The notes under the pieces: generated by a model
Database searches by the model: none
What the model was told of the DNA's origin: nothing
Seen by the model: only the letters and a program-made list of their open reading frames with translations
Shown here: in pieces, positions 25,756-33,937 of the stretch
Numbering within the stretch: position 1 is the first letter of the stretch
How the letters are laid out: every line of letters begins with the position of its first letter
Made by a program: the position numbers and the translations under genes
DNA from: Bdellovibrionota bacterium
GTDB taxonomy: Bacteria > Bdellovibrionota_G > JALEGL01 > DATDPG01
Length of the DNA: 64,000 bases
Assembly (NCBI GenBank): GCA_963668355.1
Contig: OY764265.1
Coordinates: 2,528,001-2,592,000 of the forward strand
Direction of reading: 5' to 3'

Positions 25756-25770
25756 TGGCATATGTCTTGC
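25756..25770 (+). promoter_or_regulatory. Sigma-54 promoter
   Basis: TGGCATATGTCTTGC ends about 30 nt before the lipoprotein start; an IHF-like TTCAGTAGTTTA lies just upstream. Confidence 0.6.
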
Positions 25771-25800
25771 GAAACAGTGCAAATGCAAGGTAGGTGAATC

Positions 25801-26298
25801 GTGAAGAACCGAAGACATTTTTTATGGATGGTTGTTTTAGCTGGAATTTTTCTTTTCCAAGCCTGCGGAAGTGATGGGGGCTCCATTCGGATTGTGACCA
25901 ATGGAGTGGTTCGAGAAACCTCCGCTCAGCAGATTCTTTGTGTGGCAGGAGGGGTTACCGGGGCCGGTATTGCCGGAAACGATGGCTACTTAGCTGCACC
26001 CCTGGTTTGCTCGGTCTCTTTTCGAACGGACGGTTATTTTGCAGACTATCTCGAACTCACCGCCTTTGATGTCCCTGCCGCGTTTCAATATTTAGGAACC
26101 TGGCTTCCTGTGGGCGGTGGGTTAATTGACGCGTGGATCACGCTTCAAGGACAAGAGCAGCCCATTTTTAATGGCGCAGTACGATTTACAGAAATTTCCA
26201 ATGTGGTGGGTCGAAGGGTTTGTGCCCAATATGCATTTGAAACCGGGTTAGATGTTGTGGAAGGTGAATTCTGCACGGAAGTTCAGGTGGGCTACTAA
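25801..26298 (+). CDS. Hypothetical lipoprotein
   Basis: Basic N-terminus, hydrophobic stretch, lipobox FQAC. Confidence 0.7.
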   Translation: MKNRRHFLWMVVLAGIFLFQACGSDGGSIRIVTNGVVRETSAQQILCVAGGVTGAGIAGNDGYLAAPLVCSVSFRTDGYFADYLELTAFDVPAAFQYLGTWLPVGGGLIDAWITLQGQEQPIFNGAVRFTEISNVVGRRVCAQYAFETGLDVVEGEFCTEVQVGY

Positions 26299-26299
26299 A

Positions 26300-27340
26300 A
26301 TGTTAAGAAGGTCATCAGTCGTTCTTTTGGGGTGTGTATTCTTGATTTCTTGTTCCGGAGGGGCCAGCCGAGAAAGTGGAATCGTAGACCCTCGAACGGC
26401 CATGGGAGATCACTCTTGGATGAGTCAGGCCGCGACGGCGACGGAGACCGCTCCGACTTCCTCCCGCAGCCGAGAAATCCCGTACAATTTGAACGGTTGG
26501 ACCGACTTTTCTCAACTTCCCACCATGGCCGAATGCAAGGCCGAATGTTTTGAAATTGGGGAGACTGAGGACGGAAAAAGTGTCTTGATTGCTCTTGAGG
26601 ATCCCCCTGAGGATCCGTGCGAGGCTTGTTGGGAGCATGTGGCATTTGAAGTGGATGGAATGACGATTTATTGGCATGAGCTCACCGGGATGGGAATGAA
26701 CCAAGGCGGAACGCTCTCACCCGCTTTGTCTGCGTGTTTTCCCAATTCTCAAATGGGTGGAAGTGCTTCGACCTTTCCCTGGAACCGTCGCTCCATGGCC
26801 TATCAATCTGGTTTAGGGGCTGGATACTTGCCGTATCAAAGTCAAGCCATGGGGTCTTTGGGCGCTCCGATGTCTTATCCTTGTGAGCAAGGCATGGGGG
26901 ATTGGGCTCGAATGAAGGCCGTTGGACAATTGCTTTATGACTTGGATCAAAGCTTTTACGCCATTGAAAGTGGCGCTCCACCAGAGCAGGTGTTTTACGA
27001 ACTTGAGGATCGAAATGTTTCCAGGCGAATGGATGAATGGGGCACCCCCTCCATGGGTGAACTCTTGAGCGGCTTGTTAAGTTCTCTCAAGATGGCGGGA
27101 GAGGGCACATTGAAAAGCGCGGCCTATTCTTTCACCATGCCGATGAAGCAGATGGCCTATCGGACGATGGCGGCAGGCCAGTACTCCGCCTGGGCGATGA
27201 AAAACCAATTTAGCCGAACAGGGTATCAGTTGGGCTACATGCTCAATGGGGCTCGTTTTTATTCTCCGGGAATGTGTAATCAACGGGGTTATCAAATGGT
27301 TCAGAACCCCATGTGTGGTTCGGGATATCTAAGATATTAA
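26300..27340 (+). CDS. Hypothetical lipoprotein with Met/Gly/Gln/Tyr-rich C-terminal half
   Basis: ATG at 26300 just after the upstream stop; lipobox LISC; low-complexity C-terminus. Confidence 0.65.
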   Translation: MLRRSSVVLLGCVFLISCSGGASRESGIVDPRTAMGDHSWMSQAATATETAPTSSRSREIPYNLNGWTDFSQLPTMAECKAECFEIGETEDGKSVLIALEDPPEDPCEACWEHVAFEVDGMTIYWHELTGMGMNQGGTLSPALSACFPNSQMGGSASTFPWNRRSMAYQSGLGAGYLPYQSQAMGSLGAPMSYPCEQGMGDWARMKAVGQLLYDLDQSFYAIESGAPPEQVFYELEDRNVSRRMDEWGTPSMGELLSGLLSSLKMAGEGTLKSAAYSFTMPMKQMAYRTMAAGQYSAWAMKNQFSRTGYQLGYMLNGARFYSPGMCNQRGYQMVQNPMCGSGYLRY

Positions 27341-27688
27341 GAAAAAAAATAATATTTTTTTAAATTTTTTTAAGGTCCTTACTCTCTTTTTTGACAAAAA
27401 TTCTCATTAAAATAAATACTTTAAAGAGCACTCTTAATCTAACAATTTAAAGATCCCGCAGGGGTTGAATTCGGCAGAATGGGGTACTATGATCTCATCA
27501 CGGCGACAGGGTGTGATGTGGAATCGAAGGGACGCGTCAAAGAAGCCCCAAACCGTGGTTGTGCCACAATGTGACGAAGATGTCACAAAAGTGAGATCAT
27601 TGTTGGTCAGAAGATGTTGTTTTGCGCGCGGTAGGCACAAATTATTAAGTAAAATTAGCAAGTTACGAATGATTCGATTTGCGATGAG

Positions 27689-27703
27689 CGGCACGTAAGA
27701 TGC
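27689..27703 (+). promoter_or_regulatory. Possible sigma-54 promoter
   Basis: CGGCACGTAAGATGC (GG-N10-GC) upstream of the AGGAGG RBS and ATG 27746. Confidence 0.4.
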
Positions 27704-27745
27704 AAAGCTATGTTGCAGATTCAAACATGACAGGAGGCTTAGACG

Positions 27746-28069
27746 ATGACCTTTCAAGAAGTAACGAAAATGATGTTGAACAGCATGGATTTCTTTGAAC
27801 TTAGACGCACGGCCGCTCGTTATACCGTTCCTTACCAAGGGGTTCGTCGACAGAAGTTAATCCGCGATTTGGAGCGAAAAATTCTTGCCAAATCGGCACC
27901 ACAACCTGAAATTCATCCAGAAGCCGTCGATATGCCGACCGTGGCAGAAACCTCTCCTCAAGGAGCCGTTTCTGCGAAACCAAAGATGGAAGGAAACCGA
28001 AATGTGTTTCGAGGACCTCGAATCAATACGTTTTCCACACGGACGACTGCTCCTCGCCAAAGAGCGTAA
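27746..28069 (+). CDS. Small protein with Rho_N-like helical N-terminus and disordered tail
   Basis: Strong RBS; LNSMDFFELRRTAARYTVPYQGVRRQKLIRDL resembles the Rho N-terminal helix-extension-helix. Confidence 0.55.
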   Translation: MTFQEVTKMMLNSMDFFELRRTAARYTVPYQGVRRQKLIRDLERKILAKSAPQPEIHPEAVDMPTVAETSPQGAVSAKPKMEGNRNVFRGPRINTFSTRTTAPRQRA

Positions 28070-28167
28070 CGGAAATACTCGGGCGTAGAACGCTCGTTTC
28101 GAATCATTACCCGAGCAAAGTGCTTTAAGGCTTTCATCGTGTAGGTCAATGTTATACATTGGCGCCA

Positions 28168-28344
28168 ATGAATGCGATCCAACAAGAGATCCACAAAAGG
28201 GTGGAGGCTTGTCTAGGCAAGAGCAAGAAGCTGACCATGGGCGAAGTTGAAATGTTGAGAGCGATGAGGGAAAGAAGTGTGTTTTTGAGTTTTCTGGAAG
28301 AGCAGGAACTCAAGACGATTGAGCGAAAAGTCGGACTGGCTTAA
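28168..28344 (+). CDS. Small hypothetical protein
   Basis: 58-aa ORF from ATG 28168, co-oriented with and 5 nt before the next gene. Confidence 0.45.
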   Translation: MNAIQQEIHKRVEACLGKSKKLTMGEVEMLRAMRERSVFLSFLEEQELKTIERKVGLA

Positions 28345-28349
28345 TTTTT

Positions 28350-28793
28350 ATGGAACTTGATTCTGGAATGGTCTTAAGGGCCTTGGCTATGGCGTTTGGC
28401 CTATGGTTGTTGTGGACGATTGCGTCTTTGCAACGTGATTTGGGTCGATTGAAGAAACAACTTGCCGAGCTAGAAGCTTCTCGGGAAGAGAATTTAGAGC
28501 AAGAACGTTTGAATGAAGTTCTCCCCAAACCGTCTGATGAAGGACGCACAGAAGTTCAGGAATTCGCGGCGAGTCTGTCGGCATCGGAACCTTCCCCGGC
28601 CCCTTCAAAAAAAGAAGTGGATTTAGCCCCACCGACCCGGACGGACCCCCTTCCTGAAGTATCCTCTCTGCCAGAGATGGATTTGCCCATTGATGAGGGA
28701 AAGCTCGATGAAATCGACTTTGCTTCAGCACTGAGTCAGGACGATTCCTCGTCCACTCAGATCAAAGATTTGAATCCAAAAAAGAAGTCTTAA
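28350..28793 (+). CDS. Single-pass membrane protein with acidic disordered tail
   Basis: N-terminal TM helix, coiled coil, Pro/Glu/Asp-rich tail. Confidence 0.65.
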   Translation: MELDSGMVLRALAMAFGLWLLWTIASLQRDLGRLKKQLAELEASREENLEQERLNEVLPKPSDEGRTEVQEFAASLSASEPSPAPSKKEVDLAPPTRTDPLPEVSSLPEMDLPIDEGKLDEIDFASALSQDDSSSTQIKDLNPKKKS

Positions 28794-28802
28794 GAGCTCT
28801 TG

Positions 28803-30674
28803 TTAACGGGATGAATTTGAATCTGAGGGAGAGTTCTCTCCGAATCCACCGGCCATCATTTGCCATTGATAGATTTTTTCGTTCATTTCCAAAAGGCGCT
28901 GAGTCAAAATGCGACAGAGGATCGTTAAGAATTGATACGCCGAGTCCGTATCAATCGATAGGATTTCTCTTAAGGCCTGGCTATTGATCACAAGAACCGT
29001 CGTGCCTTGTTCTTGGGCTCGTGCATCGGCCGACCTTCGATGGTTGTTACCAATGAGGGCCATTTCTCCAAAGAAGTCACCTTTTTGTAGAATGGAAAGG
29101 GCCTCTCGTCCCGTTCCGGGAATGTCTTTACTGATCAAAACCGATCCCTGCAGGACGATATAAAGACGATCGCCCACATCTCCCTCGTTAAAAATGGTCT
29201 CGCCCGCATTGTAAATTTCTTCATTACTGAATTTAGCTAAAACAGAGAGTTCTTTTGTATTCAAGCCCTTAGATGCCAAGACCTCAAGTTTTCGATCAAT
29301 TTCAATATGGGTTCGTTTTCGGTCCAAAGGGGGAAGAGTCTTTTCTTCGGTAGGTTCTTCCGAAGGGACTTTTTGAGAAGCGGCAAAAAAACTTGTCATT
29401 CGGTCGTTGGATTCACGTATTTGGAAACTTAAGGATTTCCAAAAATACCAAAGGAAGTGAATGGCAATTTCACGTTCTCTGGCAAAAATGGTGGCCAATC
29501 CTGCCTTGTCAATGAAGAGGCAGGAGGACTCTTGAATCGAGACGGCGTTGCTGAAACGTTCTCGTCCGCTCAAGAGGTTGTCATCCCCAAAAAAACTTCC
29601 GGGGCCCAAGCTGGCATAAATTAACGGTCCATAGGGGGTGTTTTTTTGAATTTCCACCTTTCCTTGATTGAGCAAATAGAAGCCGTAAACCGGGTCGGAT
29701 TCGTGGTAGACGTATTCGCCTTGCTTCAATTCGACTTGGGAAGTGAATCGGCCCACCTTCAACACGGCTTCATCGTCCATATTTCGAAAGATGAGATGCT
29801 TTTTCAGCCGGAGGGCCATGTCATAGGTTTTTTGGGGGTCTTCCGGAACCTTCTTGTCTTCGGCCGCGGAGGGTTTTGCGTCCGGGCCTTTGGGAGAGGG
29901 TTCTGTAGAGGCTTTGATTCGGATTCCTTCGTCTTCCGCAACGCGATGCATTTCGGTTTCTTTTTCCTCGAAAAGGCGATTGATTCTTCGCTGTCGTTCG
30001 TGAATCAATTCATTTCGAGCAGACGGCGTCATATTCGGAATTTTTTCCAGAACGCTCTTGATCTTGGATCGATATTTTCCCGTTGTTGATTTTCGAGAGA
30101 TTTCTCCCGACAAAATGAGTGCATCAATGGAATATTTCAAAGCTTGCTCAAAATCCCGGTTTTGGAGGTGAGCGACGCTCAAAAGATCCACCACTTCTTC
30201 ATTGAAGGGATTGAGGTGAAGAGCCTTTTCCAATTCCTTGAGGGCTTCGACGATTTTTCCCGCTTCCAAGTAAAGTTTTCCCAATTGGAGGTAGGGAAGG
30301 TAAAAACCGGGTTGGTTGGAGATGGATAAGGAGAACACTTGTTCGGCCGCATCTCGTTTTCCATTTTGATGCAATAATTCCCCCAACCCCTGGAATCGTT
30401 CGAACCATGAATTCGATTCGGATTCATTTTCTCCATGAGACACGAGAATTTGTTTGGGAGAATCCATGGATTCTTTTTGCATGCTTCGCACTCTTCCCAA
30501 ATTAATTTTCAATGCGAGGTTCTCAGGAAATAGGCGACAGGCCGACTCGTAAATATGTATGGCTTTGTCGAGGTATCCGTTTTCCGTAAAGGTATTCGCT
30601 AAAAGGCAAAGATCCTCAACCGTGATTCCGTCACTTTCAAAACTGGCATCGCTCTTCATGGTCTCTGCGGTCAT
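28803..30674 (-). CDS. TPR protein with two cyclic-nucleotide-binding domains
   Basis: TPR helices; GEYVYHE...GSFFGDDNLL...RFSNA and GETIFNEGD...GDFFGEMALI...RSADA cNMP domains. Confidence 0.88.
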   Translation of the reverse strand: MTAETMKSDASFESDGITVEDLCLLANTFTENGYLDKAIHIYESACRLFPENLALKINLGRVRSMQKESMDSPKQILVSHGENESESNSWFERFQGLGELLHQNGKRDAAEQVFSLSISNQPGFYLPYLQLGKLYLEAGKIVEALKELEKALHLNPFNEEVVDLLSVAHLQNRDFEQALKYSIDALILSGEISRKSTTGKYRSKIKSVLEKIPNMTPSARNELIHERQRRINRLFEEKETEMHRVAEDEGIRIKASTEPSPKGPDAKPSAAEDKKVPEDPQKTYDMALRLKKHLIFRNMDDEAVLKVGRFTSQVELKQGEYVYHESDPVYGFYLLNQGKVEIQKNTPYGPLIYASLGPGSFFGDDNLLSGRERFSNAVSIQESSCLFIDKAGLATIFAREREIAIHFLWYFWKSLSFQIRESNDRMTSFFAASQKVPSEEPTEEKTLPPLDRKRTHIEIDRKLEVLASKGLNTKELSVLAKFSNEEIYNAGETIFNEGDVGDRLYIVLQGSVLISKDIPGTGREALSILQKGDFFGEMALIGNNHRRSADARAQEQGTTVLVINSQALREILSIDTDSAYQFLTILCRILTQRLLEMNEKIYQWQMMAGGFGENSPSDSNSSR

Positions 30675-30735
30675 GTGTGTTCGCCTTAGCCTACAGTGCC
30701 CTAAGTCTTTGTAAAGCTTCGATTTAAGTGGTCTA

Positions 30736-32388
30736 ATGGCCTCTATGAATGTTCATTTGATTCGGCTTTCAGGGACTCCTCACAGTATTGGTGAAACACA
30801 TGGTAAGGCAGCCAAAGATGCAGAGGCGCTCGGAGCTTTGATGTTCTTTGGAGAGTTTTTAGAGCATCTAGTCAAGTTTCCTGTGCGAGGGCGAAATGCT
30901 CAACGATTGAGAAAATGGCTATATCCTCTTGTGGAGAGCACGGCAGAACGACGTTTGATCGAACAGATTCCCAACCGGTATCGAGAAATGGCCGACGGGT
31001 TTTCCTCCTCCTCGGGACTGCCTCTTCCCTTGATTGAGAAGGCCTATGTGATGCCAGATCTGTTTAGCTATTTTTTGGGACGTTCTCGCGACTCCTTTTT
31101 CTCCCACATTCTCAAAGGCTTTGGGCTTGGGTGTACCTCATTTGCGGTAACTCCTTCGCAAGGAAATTCTTCCACGATTCTTCATGGTCGCAATTTGGAT
31201 TATCCCGGAGGGGATCGGTTCGGAAATCACCCGGCCATCATTGAGTATCATCCGGTCGACGGGCAAAAGTATTGTGCCGCTACGGCATTGGGAATTGATG
31301 GGCCGGGCATTTCGGGAATGAACGAGTCTGGAATTACGTTGGCGCTGCATATGAATTATTCGAAACGTGTCACGCTTTCCTCGACGCCGGTTGTGGTGAT
31401 TGGACATGAAATCATTCGCCAGGCCACTTCCTTAAAAGAAGCGGTGGAAATCGCTCGTCAATACGAAATCGGTTCTGGGTGGAGTTTTGTTTTAACCTCT
31501 GCGCGGGAAAACAATGCAGTGGTGTTGGAAGAAGATTCAAAAGATTTTGAATTGAGAGGTTTGGTTGATCGCCATTTGATCTGCACAAATCACTATGTTT
31601 CAGAATCTCTCCGAAAGCACGAAACCTGGCATTCGCCTGGAAAGGAGATGGATTCTAACGCTCGCATGAATCGAGTGAAGCGGTTTTTAACGCCAGAAAA
31701 AATTGAGCGGTTTGGTTTTTTGGATGCCATGGAACTTCTTTCCGATAGTGAGGACGATCTTTTGGGAAAGGAAAAGGGCTTCGTGAATACGGTTTGCGCC
31801 GCAGATACTTTGTTGAGTGTCGTTTTTGATGCTGGAAAGCAAGTGGTTTGCCTGGCTCAAGGCCCCTGTCCGGTTTCGAAAAATGCTTTTGGCGTATTTA
31901 GCGTTTTTCCAGGGCCCTTTTGGAAGGAAACCATTGCGCCCAAGAAAAAGCCTGAGGAACTCCAAAAAGATCGTGCTCGACGAGAATATGTTCAAGCCTC
32001 TCAAGCCTATTTTCCGGCTCACGACTTGCCTCGGGTGGAACGTCATTTGAAGAAGGCCATTGATCAGGATCCAGAAGATGACCTCTATTGGGGGTGTTTG
32101 GGCGTCATTCAATTGAAAACAGGGCAGCTTAAAGAGGCTCGTTCGTCGTTGGAGATGGCTTTGCAAAAGCCTTTGACTCCTTATCGAGCTGCTCACCATC
32201 AGTTGTTTTTGGGGCGCGCCTTGGATTTGTTGGGAGAGCGAAATGAAGCGAGGGAAGCCTATAAATCTGTGGAAAATTCTGGATCCTTTCGGAGAGAAGC
32301 CTTGTTGGGTGCCCGAAAGACATGGAAACGGAAATATAATTCCAAAGTGTTTCTCGACTTCACTCTAGGTGAAGGAATTCTTTCGTAA
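30736..32388 (+). CDS. Peptidase C45 (Ntn-hydrolase/acyltransferase) with C-terminal TPR
   Basis: G-CTSF nucleophile, HGRNLDY, SGMNESGI, CTNHY; TPR helices at the C-terminus. Confidence 0.85.
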   Translation: MASMNVHLIRLSGTPHSIGETHGKAAKDAEALGALMFFGEFLEHLVKFPVRGRNAQRLRKWLYPLVESTAERRLIEQIPNRYREMADGFSSSSGLPLPLIEKAYVMPDLFSYFLGRSRDSFFSHILKGFGLGCTSFAVTPSQGNSSTILHGRNLDYPGGDRFGNHPAIIEYHPVDGQKYCAATALGIDGPGISGMNESGITLALHMNYSKRVTLSSTPVVVIGHEIIRQATSLKEAVEIARQYEIGSGWSFVLTSARENNAVVLEEDSKDFELRGLVDRHLICTNHYVSESLRKHETWHSPGKEMDSNARMNRVKRFLTPEKIERFGFLDAMELLSDSEDDLLGKEKGFVNTVCAADTLLSVVFDAGKQVVCLAQGPCPVSKNAFGVFSVFPGPFWKETIAPKKKPEELQKDRARREYVQASQAYFPAHDLPRVERHLKKAIDQDPEDDLYWGCLGVIQLKTGQLKEARSSLEMALQKPLTPYRAAHHQLFLGRALDLLGERNEAREAYKSVENSGSFRREALLGARKTWKRKYNSKVFLDFTLGEGILS

Positions 32389-33841
32389 GCCACAGAAACC
32401 CCTTGAGACAGGGCTCTTCCGTATTCTTTCGATTGAGAACGGGCGTTAAATTGGCCCGTAAGGTTTGATCTTGAGCAACCAAAACGGCCAAAGGCGCTTG
32501 AACCGGAATTGAGGAGAGTTTGGGCAAGAATACGATCACGCGTTGATAGTTGTCTTCAAGTTCGGACCAGAACGAGGAATCTTTCCATCTGGGATCGTTG
32601 GGCTCTAGGGTAAGTTGTTCCAATTCGTCCGACGGTGTGGTCGAAACAAAAATGCATTTTTCTTTGGAGGCGTTCCAAAATTTCACAATATTGCGAAGGA
32701 GATTCGGAAGTCTTGGCGTCCACGAATAAAGAGGGTGGAGAAAAAGGAGAGGCGAACCTTCACGCGTCATGATTTCCGTTAAAATTTTTCCCACACGCTC
32801 TGGCGTGGAAAGGGTGGCGACGGAATAGCGTTCGGTCGTCTCATCTGTTTCCGTTTCGGCAATGTGATTGGCCGTGCCTTTAAATTCAAATTGTCCCGAA
32901 CGCCAAGAAAAGGCTTCCAAGATTCGTTCGAGTTGGAGGATATTCAAGGAGAATTCTACTTTTTCCCGTTCCAAGATTTGTTCGTTTTGAATCAGCTCGT
33001 GCAATTTGAGTTGTTTGGAACGGGCGGTGCTTTCCAGACGAGAGACCATATCTTTGGAAAGAAATTGGAACCGAGAAACGACGCCCCCCAAAGTTTCCGT
33101 GGGATTGGTGCTGACGACGGTGGAAAGAGAGCCAGACTCAAAATGGAGCAATTTTTTTCGTTGGCCTCGTTCGTAAAAGAGGGTTCCGGTCGCTTCTGCG
33201 GCTGCATAGCTAAAAATGACCCGAGCGCCACCATTGGAGTGCAATTCTCCTCTTCGTTCCATGTGATGGGGAGAGGCCAGGTGGAGAAAGAAGGGGCGTT
33301 GGAGAAATAAGTTTTGGGTTTCTTTAAAAACATGGGAAAGAGCAAAAGTCTTTTCAATTTTTAGATTGGGGGGAGGCGCATCTCCCTTGTGAAGGATGAA
33401 TTTTCCCTCAAACCACCCCAAAAGATTGAAAATTCGCTCCTCCAATTGAAGAATTAAGAGGCGTTCAATTTCATCTTCGTTCAAGACTCGGTTTTCACGT
33501 AAAGCATTTAAAAATCGAATTTCCCAATCTGAGGTGTTGGGGGTGGGTAGATCGATTTTCGAAAACAATTCCGCAATTTGGTTCGAGAATAGAAAGCCTT
33601 GGCTAAGAAGCATGTCCACGCCTTCCGGAACCAGGTTGGAGTGAATCCCGACTATTTCGCCTTTTTCAAGGAAAAGATGCTTCACCCGATTGGCTCGTTC
33701 AAACACCATGCGTCCCGTAAACTCTTCTTCCGAAGCTTTTAAAAGAAGTTGGTAGGAGGGCACCTGGGCCAAACTCCCTTTTAAAGGGAGTTCTTTAGGT
33801 AAGAATTTTGTTAACGTCGAAATGATGTCCTGCATTGACAT
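32360..33841 (-). CDS. Tandem DUF4388 (PATAN-like) domain protein
   Basis: LKGSL...FTGRMVF...KHLFLEKGEIV...LLGWFEGKF, and a second TGTLFY...LLHFESG...FSWRSGQFEF copy. Confidence 0.75.
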   Translation of the reverse strand: MSMQDIISTLTKFLPKELPLKGSLAQVPSYQLLLKASEEEFTGRMVFERANRVKHLFLEKGEIVGIHSNLVPEGVDMLLSQGFLFSNQIAELFSKIDLPTPNTSDWEIRFLNALRENRVLNEDEIERLLILQLEERIFNLLGWFEGKFILHKGDAPPPNLKIEKTFALSHVFKETQNLFLQRPFFLHLASPHHMERRGELHSNGGARVIFSYAAAEATGTLFYERGQRKKLLHFESGSLSTVVSTNPTETLGGVVSRFQFLSKDMVSRLESTARSKQLKLHELIQNEQILEREKVEFSLNILQLERILEAFSWRSGQFEFKGTANHIAETETDETTERYSVATLSTPERVGKILTEIMTREGSPLLFLHPLYSWTPRLPNLLRNIVKFWNASKEKCIFVSTTPSDELEQLTLEPNDPRWKDSSFWSELEDNYQRVIVFLPKLSSIPVQAPLAVLVAQDQTLRANLTPVLNRKNTEEPCLKGFLWLTKEFLHLE

Positions 33842-33937
33842 AATTTAAGCCCAATTTATTATGTAAATTATTCAATACGTTACGGCTCCTTTAATGAAGG
33901 CACAAATCTTTTCTCAATTCTTAGTTGATCTCCGGAA

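Noticed and set aside
26600..26650. c-type heme motif in the lipoprotein (CEACWEH)
   Set aside because: Not CxxCH; the histidine is displaced.
27440..27600. c-di-GMP-I riboswitch (GGCA...GGGACGC..AAAG-like words) and ORFs 27434-27838 / 27465-27698
   Set aside because: Spacing and stems do not fit the GEMM consensus; the ORFs lack recognisable features and overlap a likely promoter.
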